Assembly (NCBI GenBank): GCA_965198115.1
Contig: OZ240241.1
Location: forward strand, 4,960,001 to 5,024,000
Length of the DNA: 64,000 nt
Direction of reading: 5' to 3'
Source: Candidatus Latescibacterota bacterium
GTDB lineage: Bacteria; Latescibacterota; UBA2968
Shown here: positions 21,089 through 32,823 of the stretch, piece by piece
Position numbering within the stretch: the first letter of the stretch is position 1
How the letters are laid out: every line of letters begins with the position of its first letter
Made by a program: the position numbers and the translations under genes
Notes under the pieces: generated by a model
What the model was told of the DNA's origin: nothing
Seen by the model: only the letters and a program-made list of their open reading frames with translations
Databases searched by the model: none

Positions 21089-22548
21089 ATGCCTTCTCCG
21101 AACATCCTCATCCTCATGACGGATCAACACAGCAAGTATCACCTCGGCTGCTACGACGACAAGGTCGTGCGCACACCGAACCTAGATGCCTTGGCGGCAA
21201 GAGGCGTCACCCTCGACAACGCCTACTGCGCCTCGCCCGTCTGTGTCCCGAGCCGAATGTCATTCATGACCGGCCGTCGTCCGTCCACCAACGAGGTCTG
21301 GAACAACAACCACGTACTGCGGTCGGACATTCCCACGTGGGCACACGCGCTCGGCGCCTCCGGCTATGAAACATCCCTGATCGGCCGGATGCATTTCCTC
21401 GGCCCCGACCAGCGTCACGGGTTCGAGCGTCGGCCTCTCGGGGAATACGGGGCCCGGCACCCGGGGGCCAGTCGTCAGGGTGGTGTGCTCCTCGACAAGC
21501 TCTCGGGCACTGCCGGCCAGGACAGACGGTCGGTCGAAGTCGCCGGCCGGGGTCGCACCACCTATCAGGCCTTCGACGACGCGGTGACTGAGGCGACTTG
21601 CTCGTTTCTCCAGGATAAGGGGGCGAACCGGGCGATCGACCGTTTGCCGCCCTCGCCGGTTTTATCCTCCCCCACTGCCCTTTCGCGGCACCGAACGACC
21701 TCTTCGACTACTACTACGACCGCGTGGATGTTCCACAGCCGGACGAGCGAGAACGTGCGGGCGAGCCACCGGCCATCACGAAGTTCAAACAGCTGCGAGG
21801 CCTCTATCCTCCGCTGGACGAAGAGCGCATCCGTGTGGCGCGCGCCGCTTACTTCGGTCTGTGCGAATATTTTGACGGAAAGGCGGGTGAGATCCTCTCC
21901 GCGTTAAACGCCGCGGGTCTGAGCGACCACACCCTCGTCATCTACTGCAGTGACCACGGCGAGATGGCGGGGGAACACGGATGTTGGTGGAAGAGCAACT
22001 ACTATGAGGGCTCTGTCGGTGTCCCGTTCATTGCGAGCCTTCCCGGCACCCTTCCCGAGGGCTCGCGATCAGGCACGATCAGCAACCTGATGGACGTGGG
22101 CCCAACCCTTCTGGACCTCGTCGGCGGCGATCCGATGCCGGCCGTTGACGGACGATCGATCCTTCCATCGCTCACGAATCCCCGAACCGAGGTCGAGGGA
22201 GAGACGTTCAGCGAACACGTGGGCAGAGAGGGGATACCATCCCGCATGGTGCGCCGCGGCCCCTGGAAGCTCTACAAATACAACGACACGACACCGCCCG
22301 CTCTGTTCAACCTCGAGGAGGACCCGGGCGAGCTCCACGATCTCGGGCGAGACCCCGCATCGGCTGACGTTAGACACGCGCTGCTGCAAAGGATCTACGA
22401 CGGATGGGATCCGGACGATGTCCTGCGCCGAATCGGTGAGCGCGATCGCGACCTGCGGCTGGTTGAAGCGTGGGGCCGCGCAGTAGAGCCCAAACACCCG
22501 GACACGCTCCCTATTCCGGTCGACGCGGAGGACGTGGAGCTCCTCTGA
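21089..22548 (+). pseudogene. Choline-sulfatase-like sulfatase, one frameshift near 21640
   Basis: PNILILMTDQH, CVPSR, GRMHF, SDHGEM, LFNLEEDPGE. Confidence 0.85.
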
Positions 22549-22589
22549 TCGAGCGTCGACCGTTCGCTAACCTTTTAGCGGACACTAAC

Positions 22590-23227
22590 TAAACCTTGGT
22601 AAGCCCCCGGCTCTGCCGGGGAGACTCCCAGAGTTTGACAGTTCCAGAAATATGTAAGAGCCTCCCTTGCCGTGGACCGCTTCAAAGCACACGGAAGGAA
22701 GGCTCTCTAATGAACAACGTAAGGAGTCTACGTCACACGGTATGGGAGTGCAAGTATGACGTTGTTTGGGTTCGGAAGTATCGTAGAAAAGTGTTGTATG
22801 GTGAAATTCGTCGCTATCTGGGCGAGGTGATTCGGGATCTGGCCGCACAGAAGGAATGCCGTGTGGAAGAGGGTCACCTGCGATCCGACCATGTGCACAT
22901 GCTGATTTCGATCCCGCCGAAGCACTCAGTAGCTCAGACGGTAGGGTTCATCAAAGGAAAGAGTGCGATTCACATTGCTCGGAACTATCTGGGACGCAGG
23001 TCGAACTTCACCGGGCAGCATTTCTGGGCAAGAGGCTACTGGGTCTCCACCGTTGGCAAGGATGAACAGACGGTTCGGGAGTATATCCAGAACCAGGAGC
23101 GGGAGGACCGGCGTCTCGACCAGCTCAACATTTTCAGGTAATCGCCACCTTTAGGTGGCGCTTGGTTTCCAACCGCTTTGAGCGGTTCACAAGTTTTCAA
23201 GCCTCCGGCTTTGCCGGAGGTCATGAC
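22590..23227 (+). mobile_element. IS200/IS605-family (tnpA only), copy A
   Basis: Subterminal hairpins CCCCGGCTCTGCCGGGG and CCTCCGGCTTTGCCGGAGG; lies 3' of TAAC and ends in TGAC. Confidence 0.9.
22710..23141 (+). CDS. tnpA: Y1 (HUH) transposase
   Basis: DHVH HUH motif, IPPK.SV, KGKS, FWARGY, YIQNQ. Confidence 0.95.
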   Translation: MNNVRSLRHTVWECKYDVVWVRKYRRKVLYGEIRRYLGEVIRDLAAQKECRVEEGHLRSDHVHMLISIPPKHSVAQTVGFIKGKSAIHIARNYLGRRSNFTGQHFWARGYWVSTVGKDEQTVREYIQNQEREDRRLDQLNIFR

Positions 23228-23291
23228 TTATTTTGACTATCACGCTCGTCGGCACGGTTCTGTATCGTATATTTTCCGACGTGCTTCAGCC

Positions 23292-25444
23292 ATGACCGAT
23301 CCCGACCCCACCGCCACGAATCACGCCCGGAACTATACGCTCCTGGGCGTTGGATTTGGATTGATCTTCCCCCTCGTCGCTCTCATCATCGACGAGAGCG
23401 GAAGGGGCCTGTCCATGTCCCTCTCCACGTTCTACTTCATCTATTCGACGCAGCCGCTCCACCTCATCATCGATACCGCCCCGATTCTCCTCGGGTTTTT
23501 TGCCTACCTCGCTGGTGCACGGCACGATCGGATCGCCCGGCTTTACCTTCGGCAATCGCGTGAGCTGAGACATCAGTCCGCTTATCAGCGGGAGACATCC
23601 GTCGCCCTGGACGAACGCGACCGTCTGCTGCAGGCGATCCAGACGATTACGGACTCGGTCACCTCGACACTCGACTTGAACGACATCGTCCACTCGTTGT
23701 CCCAACAGATCGTAGAGTTCGGCATCCTCGACAATGTGACAGTAGCCCTCGTCGATCACGAAGAGCAACACGTGAGAGTGGTAGCCACGATCCAGCGGAG
23801 TGAAGAGGATACCCTCGATCGCGAGACAAGAAGCAACCTCATCGGATTGACCTATCCCCTGGACGACGTCAGCATCGCTGCCGAGGTCGCCCGAACGGGG
23901 GTGCGACAGATTATCGAAGGGTGGGACGACCGCTTCGACAGGACGGTCGTCGATCCCGAGGAAACCCTCGGAAGCGTGTCCTTCTTCCTTCCGATCAGAC
24001 ACGCCGGACGTACGCACGCCGTCGTCGCAACAGGAGGTCCCCTTTCCAAGAAACAGGTGATTTTCGAGCGCATCGAATCGATGGATCTGTTCTTTCGACA
24101 CGTGGGCGTCGCGCTCGAGCACGGCCACCTCGTCAGAGATCTCCAGACCTCCAGAGACCAGGCCGAGGCATCAAGCCGATTCATCCGGGGACTCTACGAA
24201 ATCGCCTCGAACGATCAGTGGGATATCGAAAGCCAAATCGTCGAAACGCTCAAGATGGGTTGCACGCTCCTCTCCTCCGAGGTCGGAATCGTTGCGAGCG
24301 TCGAAGGGTCGACGCTCAGAATTACCCACATCCACGCCCCCAACTACGAATCGGTTCGTTCGGAGTGGGAACTCGATGAAACTTACTGCGAGGCCGTGGT
24401 CCGCACTGAAGACATCGTTGCAATAGATCGAGCGACCGGATCCGAGTGGGCGTGCCATAAATCCTTCGAACGACACGGCTTCGAATCTTTCATCGGCGTA
24501 CCCATCTGGATTGAGGGTAGACTGTTCGGAACGCTCAGCTTCTTCAGCAAGGGAGAACGTGACAGCGAATTCAACGAGAGCGAGGTCGAATTCATCCGGC
24601 TCGTTGGACAGTGGACGTCGGCCATGGTCGGCCGCCTAAGGGCGGAGCGCGAACTCGAGCACCTTTTCGGACTCTCCATCGGCCTGCTCGCCATCGCCGG
24701 ACTCGAGGGAAACTTCATCCGGGTTAACCCGGCTTTCTCGCGCATCCTGGGTTTCGAGAATCACGAACTCGCCGGCATGCGTTACGTCGACATCGTCCAC
24801 CCAGACGACCGTCGCAGCTCCGTCCGTGAATTCGCCCGGCTCCGGAAGGGCAAGACCACTTTTTACTTCGAGAACCGGTGTCTCGTAAAAGACGGGGATT
24901 TACCGCTGGCTGGCCTGGACGGGGGTACCCGATCTCCAGGCGGGTGTCGCTTATTGTGCCGCCCACGACATCACACGCCTCAAAGAGACGGAAGCGGATC
25001 TCGAATCCCAGGTGTCCAAGCAATCGGCGCTGGCGAGAATCACGCGGGCGATTATGGCGATGAAGCGGCCTTCGGACCTTCACGACGTTGTCGTTGCCTG
25101 CAACGAGGAACTAAACAGGCTGGATATCGCACATCGCGGCCTTGCCATCCACAGACTGCTCGATGAGGGAAGCAAGACCTTCGAAAGCTATGTGGTCGAT
25201 GCTCAAGGCCAGGTCAATGTCTTGCGGGGAGCCATCTCGAATGTCCATAGAATGTGGAAAACGGGCGAAACAACCTATCGTGCGGATGTTCTGGCCAGCG
25301 GAGGCGGCATCGAACAGAAGGACTTGCAGGCTATTCAGCGACGCTTTGGTGACATCCGAACAATCCTCGATGTGCCTCACGCATCTGGAACGCTCGCTCT
25401 CCTCAGTGAGGAGATAGATGCCTTTTCGCCGGAGGATATCGAGT
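23292..25444 (+). pseudogene. Membrane GAF-GAF-PAS-GAF sensor (probable histidine kinase), frameshifted near 24900 and truncated by IS256
   Basis: Two TM helices; ETYC...ESFIGVPI..GTLSF (GAF); NPAF..ILG..VHPDD..FENR (PAS); no kinase core before the IS. Confidence 0.75.
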
Positions 25445-25489
25445 GGTCAAGTCCCATAGTCAGTTGAAACTCATCGGGCTCCGTGGTAT

Positions 25490-26737
25490 TCATGCTCTCT
25501 GCCGAGCATCTTGATTGTCGCCGAGATTCAGGTTGTTTTTCAGTGCTTGCCTGAGCAGCGGGAGGTGTTTGTATCCGCTCACGCGTCGCAGGCGTGGTTC
25601 GATGTCGAGGAGTGCGGCCGCGACCCATCTGTGTCGCTGAGGAGAGTTGTTCCAGCGGTTGACCTTCCGTATCAGGTTGCCGGTCATGCTGTTGAGCGCC
25701 TCGATGCAATTGGTGGTTCGGAAGCTTCGCTTCAAGAACGGGAGCATCCCCAGCCGGTGGAGGGTCAGGGTTTCCTCCAGTCCTTCCTCGAGGCTTGCCA
25801 CGGCAGACTGATTCATCAGCTTGAGTTCGGGTTTGAGTGATTCGAGTGCGGCCTTTGCCTCCTCGTAGGTGTCGCAGTCATAGGCTTTCTGAAGTTTCCG
25901 TCGAACTCTTGGACGTTCTGCCTCCGGGAGGTAGCTGACGACGTTCTCGCGCTTGTGCCACTGACAGCGATGCACGCACACATCCCCTTTGAGGGCTTTG
26001 GTGACGGCACTGCGGAGTCCCTTTGAGCCGTCCAGCACAACGAGAAGGCCCTGGTCGTAGCACAGGCCTCTCCGGATGAGATCCTGGATCAGCTGACGGC
26101 AGATCCGTTCGTTCTCCGTCGCCGATTCGACGAAGCCCAGGGGGATCTTCTGGCCGTCCGTCGTGACGCCCAGAGCGATCACGATCTCTTCGTCGGCAAA
26201 GCTCTTTCCGTCGATGAACAGGGCGACCAAGTCGTAGTCGTCGAGCGGTCGTTCCTGGAACTGCTTCAGCTTCTTTGCGGTGGCTTTGATGAACCGTCGC
26301 GAGACGGAGGATGCCGAAATTCCGAACGCTTCGGGTACCGACTCTGCACAGGCTCTGTAGTTGCGACAGGAGATTCCCTTGAGCACACGAAGCAGCAGCT
26401 TCTCATCCATCGCTCTGGGCCTCTGCATCCCCCGGTATGCGGCCAGAGAAACCTCCGTATCGGACTCGACGTCGCGCACACGGGGAACGGCCACCGGCAG
26501 CTTCTGGTCCATCAGATACACGGACCCTTTCTGGCTTCCCCATCGACGATGCGACTGCTCTGAACCCTTACGCGCATACCGAACGCCTGCGAGCTGCTCC
26601 ACCTCCTGCTGGAGCACGTCGGCAACGGCCTCCAGACCCAGCGGAATCAGCGCCCGGATCACCGATAAACGCGTCTCCAAATCCATAACGTCTGACCCAA
26701 CCTTGACTTCGCCATCCCCTGCAAATAGCTTCTCCAT
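25490..26737 (-). CDS. IS256 transposase
   Basis: GISCRNY, FIDGK, LDGSKGL, RCQWHK, RTTNCIE. Confidence 0.92.
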   Translation of the reverse strand: MEKLFAGDGEVKVGSDVMDLETRLSVIRALIPLGLEAVADVLQQEVEQLAGVRYARKGSEQSHRRWGSQKGSVYLMDQKLPVAVPRVRDVESDTEVSLAAYRGMQRPRAMDEKLLLRVLKGISCRNYRACAESVPEAFGISASSVSRRFIKATAKKLKQFQERPLDDYDLVALFIDGKSFADEEIVIALGVTTDGQKIPLGFVESATENERICRQLIQDLIRRGLCYDQGLLVVLDGSKGLRSAVTKALKGDVCVHRCQWHKRENVVSYLPEAERPRVRRKLQKAYDCDTYEEAKAALESLKPELKLMNQSAVASLEEGLEETLTLHRLGMLPFLKRSFRTTNCIEALNSMTGNLIRKVNRWNNSPQRHRWVAAALLDIEPRLRRVSGYKHLPLLRQALKNNLNLGDNQDARQRA

Positions 26738-26817
26738 CGTGGGCTCCTTTCTTACGGGTACACGCTCTCACACGTCTACCCACAACGTAAGTTTGGAGCC
26801 CTTTAAGTTTCAACTAG

Positions 26818-28371
26818 GAGCCTGTCGGGTTACACCCGGAAGCTCGTTGAGATTAAGTCCAGCTGAGTCTGTCAGCGACCGGTTACCTTCGTTTTTTCCT
26901 TGAGCCGAGTTCCTCTTCGGGATCAGGTAGCCAATGAGAGTCGATAGAGTTTCAGAAGGTTGTGTGTGAGACAGATCAGGTTCCATTCTCTGATGACTTT
27001 GTGGATTCGGCGGAATGAGAATCGGGTGAAGTTCCGAACGGATTTGATCTGTCCAAACACGGGTTCGATGATCTGTTTTCTTTTCCAGTAGGTGCAGCGA
27101 CCTTTCTGTGTGAGAAGCTTTCTCGCCATTTTGTCTTTCGTCGTTGCGCCCTTGGGGATCCGTCCCCTGGGGCAGGTCGCGATGGGCGTTCCATGTTTTT
27201 GTTTTGTCGTCGCCACATAGAGGTCGACGCCATCTGATTGAACCTGATCGACCTGACTTTGGTTGAAGTATCCGGTGTCGGCAGTGAGGTGCTTGGGTGT
27301 CGTGCCGCCCATATTCGCTCTGATCTGGTTGACCATAGGTGTCATCTGGTTCTTGTCATCAGCTTCTTGGGTGACGTCGGCAGCAACGACAATCTGGGCC
27401 TTGTCATCCACAGCAGCTTGGCAGTTGTAGGCTTGAAGGAATTGGCCCCCTGAGACCATGATCCGTGAGTCGGGATCGGTGAAGTTCAGTTGTTCCTTTC
27501 AGTCGGGCTCTTTCGATGGAGGCTTGGGCTTACGTCCACGACCGCCGCGGCGCTCCCGGGCCTTTACCTTCTCTTCATACGCTGCCTGCTTCTCAGGAAA
27601 CTCAGCCTCCGCTTCGGCTTCGATCTCGGCTATTGCGTCGCGGATTACTTTGAGTCGAGTCTCCCGGTGCTGCAACTCCTCGGGCAACTCGTCGCCGCGG
27701 TTGTCCTTTCCGTAGAGTTCGTCTTCGGCCGCGTCAGTGGCTTCGGCCTCGGTCAAGAGTCTGCGCACTTCGGCCTCGATCTCGGCTTCTTTCTTCTTCA
27801 TCCGGCCGTAGCTCATCGCTTTGTGTTTTGAGGCATTTGCTTTGACTTTCGTGCCATCCAACGCCACGTGTCCCAGCTTCACCAGACCTGCCTTCACGCA
27901 GAGACACAGCACTTGCCTGAACAGACCTGAGAGGGCATCCAGATGCCGTTGACGAAAGGTCGATATCGTGTCGTGATCAGGATGCTGATCCAGGCTGAGC
28001 ACACGGAAAGCAACCGAGTCATAGGTCGCACGCTCGATCTTGCGGGAACTCCTGATGCCTTCACAGTAACCATACAGCAGTAGGCTCACCATCATCCGGG
28101 GATCATACGGTGGCTGGCCACCTTGAGACCCATCGTAGGTCTCGTAGATCGCGGACAAATCAAGTTGTCCGACGATATCCAGAATGAAGTAGGTCGGATG
28201 ACCCTTGGGAAGCCAACTCCGGAGATCCGGAGGCAGCAACATCAACTGAGCCGGATTGTAGACACGAAACCGAGTAGAAGTGCTCAACGGAAACCTCCAA
28301 TTCAGAGTCGGAACCTTGATCGCACTTCTACAATACGAAATCTTCCTCCGGCTGGGTACTCCGACAGGCTC
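26818..28371 (-). mobile_element. IS1182-family element; transposase 26923-28287 with in-frame TGA at 27499-27501
   Basis: IRs GAGCCTGTCGG; TSD CTAG; motifs G.PPYDP, SSRKIE, PDH.TI, DGTK..ANAS, TDPDSR, ADTGY, IEPVFG. Confidence 0.9.
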
Positions 28372-28390
28372 CTAGGATAGGGACCTCCCC

Positions 28391-28543
28391 CTCTCTTTGG
28401 AGCTGGTCGATTCTGTGACGTTGCTCCCGGACAGTTTTCCTCAATTCTACAAGCTGGCCCTTCAGAGGCTTGACCTGTTGGTTGATCTCACGCTTCGCTA
28501 AACGAACGATCTCTTCTCTCAGAATCTGATTCAGGTTCGGCAT
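28391..28543 (-). pseudogene. N-terminal coiled-coil of a small regulator-like protein, truncated by IS256
   Basis: MPNLNQILREEIVRLAKREI...; AGAGG RBS. Confidence 0.55.
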
Positions 28544-28977
28544 GCATTTCCTCTTTTATCGCTATGAATGGCCTTGAGGCCAAGAGTGCGTCGACATTGA
28601 CCAGGCGCCCACCACACAATACCTCCCATATCTCACTATCTCAATTTTCAAAATGTGAGTCCTGGGCACGTTCCTGACGAGTACGCTTTGGCCTGACTCT
28701 TCCAAAGGAGCATAAATGAAACGTTAATCGCCCCGTTCGCTCCACGAGATCACCGACATCGCACCTGATCCTCCTCTACTTGTCCCCGGACATATCCTCG
28801 CGTATTCTTACACTGCGACTCATTACCAGATCGATCGGCTGGAATGTATTCCAGACCCGAACAGGGTGGACTGCATCCAGCCGGTCGAGTGCTATGGTTC
28901 CGGTTACCGAAAGGCCCGGACCTCATACGATCTGGTATGGGTGCGCAGCCTGTGGTGTTCGACCGGCCTTGAAAAAG

Positions 28978-30397
28978 GGCTATATCCGGATCTCTCAACG
29001 AGATGAAGTGGGTGAAGGTGCCGTGGTTCCTGGCATGGGGGCGCGGTTAGCGTGTGCGGAACCTCTTCGGAATCTGCTCAGGGATGTTTATGTCTCCGAC
29101 GGTAAGGAAGATCATATCGTTGAATGCGTCGAGTGTGCGGAATCCGCTGGCTCGGTTCTTGACGATTTGGACGATTCGGTTGAGGCCTTCGGCGATGGCG
29201 TTGGTAAGACGCGTGTTCACGAATGCGAGGACGCCGAAGAAGTGCTGTCGCAGGGTCCTGACGAACTTTCGCAGGGGTTCACGTCGACTTCTGAGTGCGG
29301 ACGTCGTCCAGCATTTCAGGAAGCGTTCGGCAGCCCAGGGCGCTTTGTATTCCCAGAACTGCTCGAACTCGTCCTTGAGTCTCCAGGCTCTATAGATTCG
29401 GTAGTTCGCCTTCTCCAGTGCTTTGAGTGTCCGAGTATCCCCTCTGGAGCGTGTCGCTGAGTGCCGGTAGAGGAGCCATCGGAGGCCCTTCATGGCTTTG
29501 CGCTCATCCGGGGCAGCTTTACGCCACTGGTCCTTACGGACCTCGTCAACGGCGGCATTGAGAGCCTTGACGATGTGAAAGCGATCGAGGACCAGCTTGG
29601 CATTCGGACAGTGTTCCTGGATGGCTCCGATGTAAGCTTCGCTCATGTCGCAGCAGGCCCACTCGATCTTGGATCTCTGGTAGGGACTGAGAGCCTCTGT
29701 GAAGAACCGATCGATCGTTTTACGCGCCCTGCCGCGGCCAACCCACACCACGCAGGAGCGGTCCAGATCGTAAACGAGCGTGGCGTACCTGTGACGCTTG
29801 GCGTAGGAGATCTCGTCGATCCCGATGGTTTTGAGCCCTCGGATACGATGACCTTCACGAAGCCGCGTGATGGATCGGTGAAGGAGATCCGACAGCGTCG
29901 AGGCAGAGATGCGCAGTAACTCGGACGCCGCCTTCTGCGTCATGGTCTGGCAGTAGCGCAGCATGGCATACTCGAAGCGATACGTCACCCGAGAGAACCG
30001 CTCCGCCCACGGAATCTCCTCGACCACACGACCGTGGGTAGGACACCGAATCTCCCGAGGATGGTAGAGAAGCCAGACCCTCCACCCGCACACCGGAATG
30101 TCACGCCACCGACGCGGATGGGGCATTGTGCGGACGATTTTACCTCGACGGCCGCACTCCGGACAACAACAACCATTCTTATGTGGCTTTACGGCGATGA
30201 CGAAGCAGCTTCTCCCCTCAAACCACCAGCTGACAACACGGAACCCCTTGAATCTCAGCAGTTTCGATAGTAATCTGCTCCCGGTCATAGGTCGCACCCC
30301 CTTCGCTTTGATTGTCCTACACACACAACCAAGCGTAGGGAACGATCTATGACCTTGTCATTCTATAGTTTCACCGTTGAGAAACCCGGATAGAGCC
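28978..30397 (-). mobile_element. ISL3 copy 2 (transposase 29047-30324)
   Basis: Same IRs as copy 1; left flank TTGAAAAAG. Confidence 0.95.
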
Positions 30398-30404
30398 TGA
30401 AAAA

Positions 30405-31824
30405 GGCTATATCCGGATCTCTCAACGAGCTGAAGTGGGTGAAGGTGCCGTGGTTCCTGGCATGGGGGCGCGGTTAGCGTGTGCGGAACCTCTTCGGAAT
30501 CTGCTCAGGGATGTTTATGTCTCCGACGGTAAGGAAGATCATATCGTTGAATGCGTCGAGTGTGCGGAATCCGCTGGCTCGGTTCTTGACGATTTGGACG
30601 ATTCGGTTGAGGCCTTCGGCGATGGCGTTGGTAAGACGCGTGTTCACGAATGCGAGGACGCCGAAGAAGTGCTGTCGCAGGGTCCTGACGAACTTTCGCA
30701 GGGGTTCACGTCGACTTCTGAGTGCGGACGTCGTCCAGCATTTCAGGAAGCGTTCGGCAGCCCAGGGCGCTTTGTATTCCCAGAACTGCTCGAACTCGTC
30801 CTTGAGTCTCCAGGCTCTATAGATTCGGTAGTTCGCCTTCTCCAGTGCTTTGAGTGTCCGAGTATCCCCTCTGGAGCGTGTCGCTGAGTGCCGGTAGAGG
30901 AGCCATCGGAGGCCCTTCATGGCTTTGCGCTCATCCGGGGCAGCTTTACGCCACTGGTCCTTACGGACCTCGTCAACGGCGGCATTGAGAGCCTTGACGA
31001 TGTGAAAGCGATCGAGGACCAGCTTGGCATTCGGACAGTGTTCCTGGATGGCTCCGATGTAAGCTTCGCTCATGTCGCAGCAGGCCCACTCGATCTTGGA
31101 TCTCTGGTAGGGACTGAGAGCCTCTGTGAAGAACCGATCGATCGTTTTACGCGCCCTGCCGCGGCCAACCCACACCACGCAGGAGCGGTCCAGATCGTAA
31201 ACGAGCGTGGCGTACCTGTGACGCTTGGCGTAGGAGATCTCGTCGATCCCGATGGTTTTGAGCCCTCGGATACGATGACCTTCACGAAGCCGCGTGATGG
31301 ATCGGTGAAGGAGATCCGACAGCGTCGAGGCAGAGATGCGCAGTAACTCGGACGCCGCCTTCTGCGTCATGGTCTGGCAGTAGCGCAGCATGGCATACTC
31401 GAAGCGATACGTCACCCGAGAGAACCGCTCCGCCCACGGAATCTCCTCGACCACACGACCGTGGGTAGGACACCGAATCTCCCGAGGATGGTAGAGAAGC
31501 CAGACCCTCCACCCGCACACCGGAATGTCACGCCACCGACGCGGATGGGGCATTGTGCGGACGATTTTACCTCGACGGCCGCACTCCGGACAACAACAAC
31601 CATTCTTATGGGGCTTTACGGCGATGACGAAGCAGCTTCTCCCCTCAAACCACCAGCTGACAACACGGAACCCCTTGAATCTCAGCAGTTCCGATAGTAA
31701 TCTGCTCCCGGTCATAGGTCGCACCCCCTTCGCTTTGATTGTCCTACACACACAACCAAGCGTAGGGAACGATCTATGACCTTGTCATTCTATAGTTTCA
31801 CCGTTGAGAAACCCGGATAGAGCC
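30405..31824 (-). mobile_element. ISL3 copy 3 (transposase 30474-31751), tandem with copy 2
   Basis: 7-bp spacer TGAAAAA; right flank TTGAAAAAG. Confidence 0.95.
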
Positions 31825-32021
31825 TTGAAAAAGCATGCCGAGTGTCACGGGTTCCGTGGCGCTCGGCATTTCTGTTCCAGGAACCAACTGACGCCAGTAG
31901 GCCCTGACCCACAGAATGGAAGACGCGCCTAATCTGGAGCCTTCCTGATCCACAGACTATGATCTGGATGGTCAACCGGGCCCAAGTCTCGGGACATGGG
32001 TCTTAGAAGGAGGGAACTACG

Positions 32022-32823
32022 ATGTTCGGCATATTCCTATCACTGGCGCTGTTATCTGTTCTTGTAACCATCGTCGCAATCATCAAGCCTTCGATCTACA
32101 GAGCTGAGGAGAGGGGACAAGCCTTCCTAAGAGGAGCATTGATCTTCCTCGTATTCATCATTTTAGGCTTGATTGTGGCCCCGGAGACCGATGAACAGAA
32201 AGCCGAGAGACTGAAGGCGGAGGTTGAGGCGGCTCGTCAGGACTCGCTGGCAGCCCTGCCTATGGAACTTAAGTGGGTTGAGGAAGCTGCTCACGCCGAA
32301 CATCCGCTCGGTCATCTGAACGAGTTATGGGCTGCCTCGGTCCTACCAGAGACAGACAAGGTCGTTGCGTGGTCAATGGCGGAGAAGTTCACGAAACAGG
32401 CACTCAAGGGCTCAAACACGAACTACCTGTTTCAGACCGTGAACTACCCGTGGTATGACGGATCATCCATTAAGGCCGACTCAATGGCCGTGATTGAAGA
32501 AGCGACAGGTAGATATCTTCGGTACTATACCGTGAGCACCGAATTCGACGTGAAGAACGAATACAATGCGGAGGTCCGACTTCGCTCAACGATCCACATG
32601 TATACAGCGGATAACGAGGACTGGAAGGCCTACCAAGTTTACGTATCCGATCCGCGCAAGAGACCTTTACTTAGCGGTATCGTTACGATTGAGAACGATG
32701 CTTGGGAGGGCAGAGACCGAGCCTATGCTCCTGATTCGCTACTGGCTCTCTTAGACGAGAGAAGACGAGAACTTGGACACTTCGAAAAGGCCGAGGCAGT
32801 TCTCGACTCGATCAAGCGCGGAC
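32022..32823 (+). CDS. Hypothetical membrane-anchored protein, C-terminus cut by IS256
   Basis: AGGAGG RBS, two N-terminal TM helices; stop codon supplied by the IS IR. Confidence 0.6.

Larger units (their letters stand above)
25445..28390 (-). mobile_element. IS256-family element with an IS1182 nested in its left IR
   Basis: IR GGTCAAGTCCCATAGTCAGTTGAAAC; the other end GTTTCAACTAG|GATAGGGACCTCCCC is split by the IS1182. Confidence 0.85.

Noticed and set aside
22590-23227. TnpB/IscB RNA-guided system
   Set aside because: All IS200 copies carry tnpA only, with no room for tnpB
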